DNA of 37,868 bases from a virus (lineage: Duplodnaviria; Caudoviricetes), in IMG/VR virus record IMGVR_UViG_3300031951_000518, positions 1-37,868 of that record; one strand, 5' to 3'. This document shows positions 13,825-23,157 of the stretch, piece by piece. The notes below the pieces were generated by a model. It did not search any database and was not told the origin of the DNA. It saw only the letters and a list, made by a program, of their open reading frames with translations. A program made the position numbers and the translations under genes. The first letter of the stretch is position 1. Each line of letters opens with the position of its first letter.

Positions 13825-16045
13825 GGCACACTTCCACCAAATAGGATTCGAGCGTTATGGTGTCGCCGCTGTTGGTTAGCGTGCCTGAAATCACCAGATC
13901 TTGTGATGAAGTTGTATCGCGCGCCCCGGTAATGACAGCAGCCGTCGACGCGCCGAAACCGACTTGCAAGTCAGTGGTTGCAATTTGGCTGTTCGTTGCG
14001 TTGCGGTTCTGAATTTGCGTCTGATGCCGCCACGATTGGAAATTGGCAAGCGCAACGGCTGCAAACGACGTGCCGGCCAAGCCGCCAAGACGCACGCGAC
14101 CCGTCTTGCCGTTGGCGTTGTTCGTCATGCTCATTACAATGGTGACGCGCAAAACTCCGTTCGGACCCATTGAATTTGCGGGGATTGTAATCGTGGCTAG
14201 CGCCGTTTCGCTTGTGTTGCCTGTATGAGCAGAAGCCAACCCGCTACGTGCCAGAACATACCAAGTGCTGAGATTCTGCACGGCCGCCTGCGCGGTCGAG
14301 GCACCTGTTCCACCGTCCGCAACTGCGACATCGGTGCCTGCCGGCTGGTAGTAATCGGTCCCGGCAACAGCAGCCGCAAGCACGCCGCTCGTTGCCTTAA
14401 GAAGTCCCGTGGTGCTGGCCCGTTTCAGCAAACGTCCGGTTGTCGAGTCATACAACGCAATTTCGCCATCGACAGACGATGACGGCCCGCCAACCGTCGC
14501 GACGATTGTTGATGAGCTGCTATTTGAGATTGTTGCGCCCTGTTGGACAGAGACTCGCCCGTTGGTCGCGCTTGCATCGATAGTAACCGACGTTGCAATG
14601 CCCTTGATGTTGAACGACGATGTATTGGCCGACGCATAGACGGCTTGATATACGCCATCCACATCGACGGCCGAGGCGTAGTCAATGTAAAGGTCGCCCA
14701 TATTGGCATTCAGCCGAACGGTGGCCGATGCTGTGCTGCCGCTCGCGCCGTCAATTTGCCCAAGGTTCACGCCGCCCGTGCCCGTTGCAAAACAACTCAG
14801 GCCGTGCAAAGTGATGTCTTTTCCGTGTCTTACCTCCCACGAAGAGGCGGTTGTGTTAAAAATGCTGACGTTCGTTACAGTAATGTTGCGAATCCCTACG
14901 ATGCCCGTCGTCCGGGCATTGCCGTCAATCAACAGGCCGTAACTGAACAAATCGGAATTTGTTGACCCCGTTATATTAACATCATGAATCGAGCAGTAGT
15001 CCGGCGACCCGCCGCCCGCCTGTGCTTGCAGATAAATTCCACTGGTAAGTGTGGCACCGCCACGGTTGCGGATCGTGAGCTTTTCGATCATGCCCCCGCC
15101 CTCGGTCGATCCATCATACAAGAGGCAATTGCCACTTGCCTGATAGAAATCTAAGACCGTGGTCGATTTACTCGTACCGACAAGACGCAAGCCATAGGTG
15201 ATTGTGTTGACGGCGGATGAAAACCTGTAAACCTTGCCCGCACCAAGCCGGATCGTGCGGATACCTGCCGTTAGAATGTTATTAAATGCGGTCGTGTTAT
15301 CGGTCACTCCATCACCAGCTCCACCATACGCCTCTAGGGTTGTCTCTCCCGGCACCCCAACCGCATAATCGGTTCCGGCAACTGCCGCCGCAAGAACACC
15401 AGACGTAGCCTTGAGCATGCCAGTCGTGCTGGCGCGCTTAATCAGTTTGCCGGTGGTCGAGTCATACAACGCAATTTCGCCATCGACAGACGATGCCGGG
15501 CCGACCACATCGCCGGTGCCGGGACCACCGGAAGCCGTAATCGTTGTTCCCGTAATTGACAAACCCGAACCAACGGTCAGCCATGTAACCGCGCCCGCGC
15601 TGTCATCCCAAAACAAAACACGATCGGCGTTGGGGTCGGCAAGGCTTGCACCCGTGCCGCCATCAGCAAGCGCAACGTCAGTGCCGCCCGCGCGATAGAC
15701 CGCGTTGCCCTCGATTGTCATGTCACCCGCGCCAGAACGCGCAAGCGTGGTGTCGGAAGCGTGCCCGAGTTGAATGGTCGTCGTAGCAATCGACGCAACG
15801 CCCGTGATGTTGTCGCTATCATCAACCGTGATGCCGGTGCCCTGGACTTTTTTAGTGTCGGTTCCGTCCGTGCGCACCAGACGATTGTCAGTCGATCCGA
15901 GCCCGCCAGTGTAGACGCTTTCAGTAAGCGCCGTCTCGATGTCCTCGAGCAACGTGTTAAAATCAGATTCGTCGATCCTCGCGCCTTCGACGGCCGGATT
16001 CCACGAATTAGACGGCGCGGTATAAGTGCCGGACGATCTGGACAT
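13814..16045 (-). CDS. Tail spike/fibre with central pectate-lyase-like beta-helix
   Basis: YGGAGDGVTDNTTAF pectate_lyase_3-type start followed by beta-helix-like repeats; fibre motifs DV..ADGGTGAS; virion-anchor N-terminus resembling that of 16638-17615. Confidence 0.8.
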   Translation of the reverse strand: MSRSSGTYTAPSNSWNPAVEGARIDESDFNTLLEDIETALTESVYTGGLGSTDNRLVRTDGTDTKKVQGTGITVDDSDNITGVASIATTTIQLGHASDTTLARSGAGDMTIEGNAVYRAGGTDVALADGGTGASLADPNADRVLFWDDSAGAVTWLTVGSGLSITGTTITASGGPGTGDVVGPASSVDGEIALYDSTTGKLIKRASTTGMLKATSGVLAAAVAGTDYAVGVPGETTLEAYGGAGDGVTDNTTAFNNILTAGIRTIRLGAGKVYRFSSAVNTITYGLRLVGTSKSTTVLDFYQASGNCLLYDGSTEGGGMIEKLTIRNRGGATLTSGIYLQAQAGGGSPDYCSIHDVNITGSTNSDLFSYGLLIDGNARTTGIVGIRNITVTNVSIFNTTASSWEVRHGKDITLHGLSCFATGTGGVNLGQIDGASGSTASATVRLNANMGDLYIDYASAVDVDGVYQAVYASANTSSFNIKGIATSVTIDASATNGRVSVQQGATISNSSSSTIVATVGGPSSSVDGEIALYDSTTGRLLKRASTTGLLKATSGVLAAAVAGTDYYQPAGTDVAVADGGTGASTAQAAVQNLSTWYVLARSGLASAHTGNTSETALATITIPANSMGPNGVLRVTIVMSMTNNANGKTGRVRLGGLAGTSFAAVALANFQSWRHQTQIQNRNATNSQIATTDLQVGFGASTAAVITGARDTTSSQDLVISGTLTNSGDTITLESYLVEVCHGA
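14350..15500. repeat. Direct repeat pair (~140 bp, 40-bp identical core) flanking the spike beta-helix
   Basis: GTCGAGTCATACAACGCAATTTCGCCATCGACAGACGATG at 14442-14481 and 15456-15495; ~46-aa peptide duplicated. Confidence 0.9.
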
Positions 16046-16054
16046 GCAAGCCCC

Positions 16055-16636
16055 TTATCTAGCTGTAGCTTCCTGAACGAGAGCGGCAATCGCGCCTTGT
16101 AAGAGGCTTAGTTGCTCGCGAGTGTCGGCAAGCGCGCGGGCGGTTTCTGTGACTTGCGCGCGTAAGATTGCAATTTCGTTGTACGCATCGGGCGGCGTCG
16201 GCTGCGTCACGGACTGCACAACGATTTCGCGCACGATTTCACGCACGGCAGCGGTGCCGGCTGTGTCTCCCGTGCGCAGAAATTGCACCCGGATTTCCTC
16301 ATTGTTCTCGAAGGCGTCGAAGGATTGCACTGGCCTAACTGCAAGCTCGGTCCAGCCCTCGCGATCCGTTGACGTGCCTGCGATCTCGAAAATCGCAAGC
16401 CCTTCCCGCGTTGCGCTGGTTAGGATCAGTGTGCCCCTGTGGTCGTGGTTCGTGGACTTGTCCCACGTTGCCACATAGCGCGACACATCAGGATTGCGCC
16501 GATCTAGGCAGGCATCGGACAGCGAGATAATTGACGAAGTTGCAGCGCTGTCGCCGTTGTAGCGCAGCCCGCCGCCACCAGGATCGCCAGTGCTGACTTT
16601 TGAACAAAACCGCCACGGAAGCCCGGCAGTCTGCAT
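16055..16636 (-). CDS. Hypothetical tail-fibre-associated protein
   Basis: 193 aa between two fibre genes; C-terminal coiled coil. Confidence 0.6.
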   Translation of the reverse strand: MQTAGLPWRFCSKVSTGDPGGGGLRYNGDSAATSSIISLSDACLDRRNPDVSRYVATWDKSTNHDHRGTLILTSATREGLAIFEIAGTSTDREGWTELAVRPVQSFDAFENNEEIRVQFLRTGDTAGTAAVREIVREIVVQSVTQPTPPDAYNEIAILRAQVTETARALADTREQLSLLQGAIAALVQEATAR

Positions 16637-16637
16637 G

Positions 16638-17615
16638 TCACAGCTTAATGATAAAAGTGGTCAGGAACGCAGGCGGCATGTTGCTATGAGCCGCACCGCT
16701 CCCCGTTGAGGCCGTCGCGCCGCCGATGGTGTGCGTATGCGAGCCGCCGGTCACGCTGATTGCGTTGGCACCAAGCGGGACTGTATTCGCACCAGACGTT
16801 GCGGTCGTGCCACCGCTGCCCGCCGTTATGCCGCCGGAGACGGTGTGCGTGTGGCCACCATCCGCGTTCGCGGACAATGTTCCAGCGCCGTGCGTGTGGC
16901 CCGGTAGCTGCGCCTCGGTCAATGTGTGCGTTTCGGTGCCGCCACTGGCGCCGTTCGTTGTCTGCGAGGTAATGACAGAGCCCAGGCGACCCGCCGCGCT
17001 GTTGCCCATGTCGTCAAGACCGAAGAGGCCACGGCCGCGCAGATCGGGAAGCGTGATTGTCTTATTCGCGGCATAGTCTGCGGCAGCACTCGCACCGCGT
17101 CCACTCGAGACCGCACACACGCTGTCGCCGTAGTTGGTCCACAGAAACGTAAACAGCGCCGACGTGTCCGCATTGGCCCGCTCGGTGCCGCCAGAGGATG
17201 CGCTACCAATCGTTCGGCCGTTCGCTCGCACCCAGCCAGCCGGCGCCGTGGTTGCGCCATAAGGAAGGATTACCCCCGGCGGCATGCCAACGATGGCAAA
17301 CGCGTTGGCGTCGGCAAGGCCTGACTCGCCGATGGTTCCAACCTCAGCGCCGCCGGCAACGATGCCCATTGTGTTGCTGGCTTTGCGATAAAAGCCTGTG
17401 TCCGTATCGGCCGAGAACGAGAGACCTGGAGCGCTGACTGTGCCGGACGAGCCTTTGAGCTGGCCAGTCATGGCGGCTTGACCGTCACGCGGCAGAGATC
17501 CGGTGATCTCGGAGGCGATGTCGGAGAAATTGGCTTGGACGGGTGACGCGGAGATAGTTTGCCCAGACGATATCGTATTGGGCAGACTCATGGTTCCGGA
17601 GCCGTTGCGAGGCAT
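16638..17615 (-). CDS. Tail fibre protein with tail-collar domain
   Basis: PPG.I.PY....APAGW..ANG ... LPDLRGR ... GG.ETHTLT.AQLP.HTH ... H.NMPP....FIIK. Confidence 0.85.
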   Translation of the reverse strand: MPRNGSGTMSLPNTISSGQTISASPVQANFSDIASEITGSLPRDGQAAMTGQLKGSSGTVSAPGLSFSADTDTGFYRKASNTMGIVAGGAEVGTIGESGLADANAFAIVGMPPGVILPYGATTAPAGWVRANGRTIGSASSGGTERANADTSALFTFLWTNYGDSVCAVSSGRGASAAADYAANKTITLPDLRGRGLFGLDDMGNSAAGRLGSVITSQTTNGASGGTETHTLTEAQLPGHTHGAGTLSANADGGHTHTVSGGITAGSGGTTATSGANTVPLGANAISVTGGSHTHTIGGATASTGSGAAHSNMPPAFLTTFIIKL

Positions 17616-17656
17616 CGGTTAATCCCTATTGGGGACGCGGGACAGGGTGAAGAGAG

Positions 17657-20110
17657 TTAGCGGCTTTCGCGCTCTTGCGCGGTCAGCCCGGCGCCGATAG
17701 CGCCAAGAGACGGCGATCGAGGCCGAAGCTTGGGAGCGACCGCAGACTGTGCGGCGACATATCCAGCAGCGTTGCCAACTGGCGTTGACTTCATGAGCAT
17801 CTGCGAGATCTTGGCAAGCGGGCCATTGTAGGCGCCCAACATAGCCAAGGCAGCTTGGCCCCACTGCCCGCCAAAGAACAATTGCGACACGGCGGAGCCG
17901 CTTGGGTTCGGGTCTTTATACGACACGTCCTTGAGAGCTGCGCTAAAGCGACGGATAAGGGCAATCTCGTCCGGCTTATACAGCTCGCGCATGACGGAGC
18001 CCTGCGCGTTGAACGCTTCATCGAGGCGCTTCACGAGCATGGTTGGCGAGTGCAGATTGCCGGCCGGCGTCTTTACAAGGTTCATCCAGTGCGCAAGCCG
18101 AATGTCATTCCAAATCGGCGCGGCCTGATCTTTGGGCAGGTACTTGTCCACGCCCGACTTTATGCGGCGCAGCGCTTCGATTGTTGCGGCCTTGGGCACA
18201 GATCCCGCATCCGTTCCAAACAGGCCCCGCACAATGGCTTCCGGTGCCAGAAAATCGTCTTTCGCTATCTTCTCGATTAGCTGTCCGCCCGGAGTAGAGC
18301 GCCCCGACATATCCCGTGCCGAAAAAATATTTTTAAGCTCTTTGGTGCGATCGCGCGCGGTACGGAATGCAGCCGCTGTTAAGGCATCCCCTTTTAGCAA
18401 TGCTTCATCCGCTGATTTTTCTATCCACTTATCAAAGCCTCGGTAAATGTTGCGCGCAACGGTTCCATCAAAATCTGCCGCGTCGGTCCCTTTAATTAAA
18501 GCGCCGAGCGTGCGCTGCATTTGCATAACTGTCGGCGTTGTCCGGTTGCCAAGCCATTCGTCAGCCTGGCCCGGCGGCCCTCCTGTTTTGTAGTTGCGCA
18601 ATGCGTCAAGCATTGCGGTTGCTTTTGGCGCGGTCTCTTTCGTCGGAACAATGCTTAAACCGTCCAACTCGCTCGCGATTGCCTGCGGCAACTTTTCGAG
18701 CGCTTGGCTAGTCGCCGTAAGGTCACCAAGGTCTTCAACTTTTTTCCAAGCTGCCTTGGCGTCAGTCTTGGCTGCGTCGCTCGCTGACCGAACGCCGCTG
18801 CGAATGCCCTCGCCTATATCCCCCGGCCGCACGCCCGCCGCCGGCCGAGTTGGGTTAATCACATTGGCAATGCTGCGTTGCCCGCCGCCAAGCGCCGCTT
18901 CCGAGATTGCCGCCGCTTGACGGTCATCGAAGCCCTGCATGGTGGCTTTGGCGGCATCACCAAACGCCCCGTAGCGCATGGCCTTTTCATTGAGTAGGCG
19001 GCCAGGATCTTTTTCCATCTGCCCGCGCGTCACCGGAATATCGAATTCCTTGCCGCGCACCGTCTGCCCCGCCACCATAGGGTTTCGGATTTCGGCGTAC
19101 TTTTTGACGAACTCTTGCGCCATGTCGCCGGTAATGTCGGCCGGGTCAAAGCCAGCTTTCTTGGCAACCTCTTCGCCCTTTGGCGTCAACTTGCCGGCCG
19201 ACTTGTTGTAAAGCGACGGCTCGGTGATGAAGCGCCGCCCCAGCATGCCCGCAAGAGGCGACAAGCCCTCAGCAGCACCACCGATCAAGCCAACCGCAGT
19301 GGCACGGCCGAAGTCAGGCCCCTGCTCCGATCCCGCGCCCATGGCCGCGACATCGCCCAAGACGCTAGTTGTCGAAGCCATGCCCGATTGCCCCATCATC
19401 TTCATGGGCAAGCTCATGTTGCGGGTAAGCCCCTGCATAATGCGCCCGCCGAGAAGATACGGCAGCGACTGCAAACCGAAGTTGTTTACGTCTTCCATAT
19501 CGAGGCCGGGCTTGTTGACGTAGGCCGTCGCCTCCTGCCCGTCCTTGTCCAGATAGCGCACCACGTCCGCGCCATAGGCGTCCTTTTCGGCGCCGATAAA
19601 CCGCTTACCCAAAGCGCTGCGCACAATGTCGGCGTGCGCCTTGTCATCGGGCGTCAAAGACTGTCCAAGCGTGATCTGGCGATAAGCTGCCCGCGCGGCG
19701 TCGCTGTTGTCGTCATAGATTTCGTTCTCAAGCACGCGCGAAATTGCCGGCGCGTTGGCATAACGCGGGTCTTTGCGGCCGGTGATGTTGTTATCCATCC
19801 ACTCGAACCAGCCCTCAGACTTCGGGTCTTTGTAGCCGGGGAACGTGGGAGCCGCTGCGACGGAAGCCGGGGCCGCTGGCGCTGCGTCCTCTTGGAATAT
19901 GCTATCACTCCACCGCTGCGGCGCTGGCTGTGCCGCTTGTGCGGGCGCAGGTGCCGGTGCGGGTTGTGCAGGCGCGCGGCGAGCCGGCGCAACTACATCA
20001 GGCCGTTCGATTGGCCCTGGCCGCGCGATTGGTGCCGGCCGCCGGATCGGGTCTTGGACCTCGATCAGCTCCGGGTCATCAGCGAAAACGAGATCCGACC
20101 ATTTTGTCAT
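17657..20110 (-). CDS. Large internal virion / DNA ejection protein (putative)
   Basis: 817 aa, Ala/Gly-rich, helical; third of three genes between tail hub and fibres, as in podoviruses. Confidence 0.65.
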   Translation of the reverse strand: MTKWSDLVFADDPELIEVQDPIRRPAPIARPGPIERPDVVAPARRAPAQPAPAPAPAQAAQPAPQRWSDSIFQEDAAPAAPASVAAAPTFPGYKDPKSEGWFEWMDNNITGRKDPRYANAPAISRVLENEIYDDNSDAARAAYRQITLGQSLTPDDKAHADIVRSALGKRFIGAEKDAYGADVVRYLDKDGQEATAYVNKPGLDMEDVNNFGLQSLPYLLGGRIMQGLTRNMSLPMKMMGQSGMASTTSVLGDVAAMGAGSEQGPDFGRATAVGLIGGAAEGLSPLAGMLGRRFITEPSLYNKSAGKLTPKGEEVAKKAGFDPADITGDMAQEFVKKYAEIRNPMVAGQTVRGKEFDIPVTRGQMEKDPGRLLNEKAMRYGAFGDAAKATMQGFDDRQAAAISEAALGGGQRSIANVINPTRPAAGVRPGDIGEGIRSGVRSASDAAKTDAKAAWKKVEDLGDLTATSQALEKLPQAIASELDGLSIVPTKETAPKATAMLDALRNYKTGGPPGQADEWLGNRTTPTVMQMQRTLGALIKGTDAADFDGTVARNIYRGFDKWIEKSADEALLKGDALTAAAFRTARDRTKELKNIFSARDMSGRSTPGGQLIEKIAKDDFLAPEAIVRGLFGTDAGSVPKAATIEALRRIKSGVDKYLPKDQAAPIWNDIRLAHWMNLVKTPAGNLHSPTMLVKRLDEAFNAQGSVMRELYKPDEIALIRRFSAALKDVSYKDPNPSGSAVSQLFFGGQWGQAALAMLGAYNGPLAKISQMLMKSTPVGNAAGYVAAQSAVAPKLRPRSPSLGAIGAGLTAQERESR

Positions 20111-21867
20111 ATGTCGAGCCTAAACTTCTGGCGCAGCATTGACTTGACGGCGCCGTTGATCTGTTCCGGTTTGGCGTTCGGGTTTTGCGCCCGCAACTGC
20201 CGCGACATGGCATCGCCTTCCTGGTCAATGATGCGGCTGAAGCCCTCGATCGATAGCGCCTTGGCTGCATCGTCGGCGTTGCCGGACCACGGCTGGCCCT
20301 TAAACCCGTTTTCGCGCAAGTACCGCGTGCGCGCGATGGCCATCAAAGACGTGCGCTCGATTGCGTCAATCTTGGCCTTAAACGCGGTTGGTCCGTCGCT
20401 TTCGTTCGGAATGCCCTTCATGATGCGCTCGGCCTCAGGGATAGCCATGGCCGCGCCCGTGATTTCTTTGATGTAGCGATTTACGTTGTCGATAGCGTCA
20501 CGGCGGAACGAGATGAACTCGGCGTGCTTTTGCAGCATTTCAGGCGGAAGCTTTGACCGCATGAAATCAAACTTATCGGCAAAGCCGATGCCGGCCTGCT
20601 TGATCGCCTCTTCATACGTTTGAAACTCAGGCCTGAATTGCCGCTTGATGCTTTTGATGCGCGAGACCTGTTCGGTCAGATCAAGCTCTGCGGTGTCAAC
20701 CTTGTTGCGCGCTTCCTTGGCGAGCTTGGCCTGATCTACAGCAGGGTCCGCAATCATGCGGCCGGCATCGCCCTTGCCACGCATGGCCAGCGCAAGGCCA
20801 AGCTGCCGCGCACGGCTGGCCGGCATCCTTCCGGCTGGCGTATCAACCATTGGGTCGTCATTCTGCGGCGCGGCTTGTGGCTGGCTTGCCTGCGTGCGGA
20901 TTAGGTTCGGATCAGCGCCCGCATCCGGCACAAACGATTGCGGCTGGATGGGTGACGGCGCGGCCTGCGGCTTCTGACCGCCGCCGATAATCCCCATGAT
21001 GTATTCATCCAGCGCGTCTTTTTGGCCGGCGGCTTTAATCCGCGCCTCTAGTTCTTGCCGCTTCAGCGGGTTCATGGCCCGCGCTTCATCAAGATCAAAC
21101 CTCAGCTTTTCGGCTTGCAATGCAGCCGTCGGGTCCATTTTCTGCTTAGCTTGGGCAAGGAAAAGCTGTTTTCCCATGTCCTGCGTGTAAGGGTTCGCCA
21201 TCATGGCCTGCGGGCTCGGGTTGCCGCTCATCATCTGGACAATAGATGCCTGCCCTTGACGCTCGCCCTCGGTTGCCGCGTTGTCGTGCATCCGGCCGAC
21301 GCCGCCCTGGATCACTCGAGCTAGGGCCTGTGTCCAGTGTCCTACAGGCGAGGCGTCCGTGGCCTGTCCTGCAAGCAATTGCGCAAGCTTCCTATGCTTC
21401 TGCGCATCTGCCGGCATCATGCCGTCGTAAGGCGTGATCGGTGTCGTGGGCGTCATGGGCGCGGCGCCTCCTGCGATGGGTTGGGGTTGAGCGGAGGGAC
21501 CGCCCATGGTGACAGGCCGGCCGGCCTCATAGGTCGCCATGGCTTCCATCAGCGCGGTGCGCTTTTCAGGAGGCACAGGCATATTCGGATCGATGCCAAG
21601 ACGCTGTGAAACCGTGCGAATGTAATTGTCGGTTGAATTGTTGTCGTACTGGCGCGGCGCCCATCGGTTGATAATGCCGGATACGGACTCGAGTCCGTGC
21701 TTGTCGCGGTAGGTGTCCAGCAACCCGCCCATGGCTTTGAAGCCGGTTTCGCGATCAGGAAACACGGCTAGGCGGCCATCCGTGCCGATTGCGCCCCACT
21801 TCTGCGCAAACGGCCCGTAATTCATAGCGCCGGGATTGTTGGTGCGTATCGAGCGCGGGTCTGCCAC
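20107..21867 (-). CDS. Ejection protein with N-terminal lysozyme-like domain (putative)
   Basis: R.IRTNNPG...F.....G..A...LL..Y.....II.RWAP...N.T..Y N-terminal motif of virion muralytic domains; Gln/Pro/Met-rich linker. Confidence 0.7.
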   Translation of the reverse strand: MADPRSIRTNNPGAMNYGPFAQKWGAIGTDGRLAVFPDRETGFKAMGGLLDTYRDKHGLESVSGIINRWAPRQYDNNSTDNYIRTVSQRLGIDPNMPVPPEKRTALMEAMATYEAGRPVTMGGPSAQPQPIAGGAAPMTPTTPITPYDGMMPADAQKHRKLAQLLAGQATDASPVGHWTQALARVIQGGVGRMHDNAATEGERQGQASIVQMMSGNPSPQAMMANPYTQDMGKQLFLAQAKQKMDPTAALQAEKLRFDLDEARAMNPLKRQELEARIKAAGQKDALDEYIMGIIGGGQKPQAAPSPIQPQSFVPDAGADPNLIRTQASQPQAAPQNDDPMVDTPAGRMPASRARQLGLALAMRGKGDAGRMIADPAVDQAKLAKEARNKVDTAELDLTEQVSRIKSIKRQFRPEFQTYEEAIKQAGIGFADKFDFMRSKLPPEMLQKHAEFISFRRDAIDNVNRYIKEITGAAMAIPEAERIMKGIPNESDGPTAFKAKIDAIERTSLMAIARTRYLRENGFKGQPWSGNADDAAKALSIEGFSRIIDQEGDAMSRQLRAQNPNAKPEQINGAVKSMLRQKFRLDI

Positions 21868-22644
21868 TTAGCGTCTTATCCCTGCCCACGGCGCGCCGAT
21901 CAGCGACCCGCCAATGCTGGCCAAGCCCCCGAGCATCGCGTTACGTTGCTGCATCTGACTGTTATAGTTCTGCCATTGGCCCGCTTGATTCATGCCGGCC
22001 AAGCCCGCCACGTCTACATTGCCGACGTTCACGCCTGGAGTGTTGACGAGGTTCGGCTGTATCGCGCCCATGCCAAACTGTAACCCCGGCTGCATCTCGC
22101 CCATCTGCTGCTGGCGATCCGCAAGACCTTGCTGGAACATCTGACCTTGCAGACCCGTTACGAGATTGTTGCGGGCTTCGTTCTGCTGCAAGGCGAGATC
22201 GTTCATAGACGACTTATAGGCCTCGCTGGTCGGGTCCAGACCTTGGTTGCGCAGGCGGTTGATTTCCGCATCCTGCGCACGCTGGAAGCGCGGCTCGAGG
22301 TTTGCGCTTGCGTACCCATAGGCCCGGTCGAATGCGGCATTGCTGCCCAAGTCCGGGCGCTGGCCCGCCGCGTCGAAGTAGCGTTGGCCCAAGCCTGCAA
22401 ACCCGCCCGCAAACTGCTGGCCCGTCTGGCCAAGCTGTTGCGTGGCGTTAAAGATCGGGTTGCCTTGCGCGTCGGTTCCGCTCTGCGAATACGTCAGCGA
22501 GTTGCCGAGCGCGTCCGTCTGGTTCAAACGGTTGAACGACGACTGCTGGAACGCGTTCTGCGTGTTTTGTTTGTTCGCCGCTGCCGTGGTCGCGCCAACG
22601 TCAAGCGGCGCGGGCGCCTTCCGCGTCGTGAACAGTGAGCCCAT
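21868..22644 (-). CDS. Small ejection/DNA transfer protein (putative)
   Basis: Gln/Asn/Gly-rich; C-terminal MLGGLASIGGSLIG amphipathic motif. Confidence 0.65.
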   Translation of the reverse strand: MGSLFTTRKAPAPLDVGATTAAANKQNTQNAFQQSSFNRLNQTDALGNSLTYSQSGTDAQGNPIFNATQQLGQTGQQFAGGFAGLGQRYFDAAGQRPDLGSNAAFDRAYGYASANLEPRFQRAQDAEINRLRNQGLDPTSEAYKSSMNDLALQQNEARNNLVTGLQGQMFQQGLADRQQQMGEMQPGLQFGMGAIQPNLVNTPGVNVGNVDVAGLAGMNQAGQWQNYNSQMQQRNAMLGGLASIGGSLIGAPWAGIRR

Positions 22645-23047
22645 AAATCCACCTGCATTCGTTGGGTGTCATTGTGTAGGCAAAAGCGTCTTGCTTTGGC
22701 CCATAATACTCGCGCTCTACAGCGTGAAAGCGGAAACCAAACTTGGGAATCACTCGCTTCATCTTGTGGCGGTTGCGTGCCGTGCGAACCTCTAGCCGCC
22801 AGATCCCCCACTCGAGGAACACCAGCCGGAAAAACGCCTTCCAAACGTCATTCGAGGTCTTGCCGTAGAGGTGAAGCTCGGCTGTCGTGTCGTTCTTCCA
22901 TGTCACCACAAAGCAGCCACGCAACACGCCTTCGTCATCGATGACCCCGAGCACCGCACGCGGCGTCTGGTAGACGGCCACGCCGTAACGCCGCGAGAGC
23001 CAATCAAGAATCGTGGCCTCGTGCTGGTGGTCGCCAACGATTTTCAT
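22601..23047 (-). CDS. GNAT-fold virion-assembly protein
   Basis: AELH ... F...F...G..RL...T..N..M......GF......R.YYG; sits between tail hub and ejection genes; start ATG 23047. Confidence 0.7.
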   Translation of the reverse strand: MKIVGDHQHEATILDWLSRRYGVAVYQTPRAVLGVIDDEGVLRGCFVVTWKNDTTAELHLYGKTSNDVWKAFFRLVFLEWGIWRLEVRTARNRHKMKRVIPKFGFRFHAVEREYYGPKQDAFAYTMTPNECRWIYGLTVHDAEGARAA

Positions 23048-23157
23048 AGTTTGGCGATGACAATCGCAGCAAAGCCAACCAACAGGACGCAAATCATGAT
23101 CAGCCGAAACCGCTCGATTCCGAGCTTCTCCGCTAGTCGGTCAATGGCTTTCATCAT
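23044..23157 (-). CDS. Small membrane peptide (37 aa)
   Basis: Not in track; MMKAIDRLAEKLGIERFRLIMICVLLVGFAAIVIAKL*; ATGA-coupled at both ends; AGGAG SD. Confidence 0.65.
   Translation of the reverse strand: MMKAIDRLAEKLGIERFRLIMICVLLVGFAAIVIAKL

Noticed and set aside
14350-15500. Diversity-generating retroelement TR/VR pair or invertible segment
   Set aside because: No reverse transcriptase or invertase in the window; repeats are direct and differences fall at synonymous positions rather than being adenine-specific
19115-20476. 453-aa plus-strand ORF and the many other plus-strand ORFs across 11-37 kb
   Set aside because: Antisense shadows of well-supported minus-strand late genes in GC-rich DNA; Arg/His-rich nonsense composition
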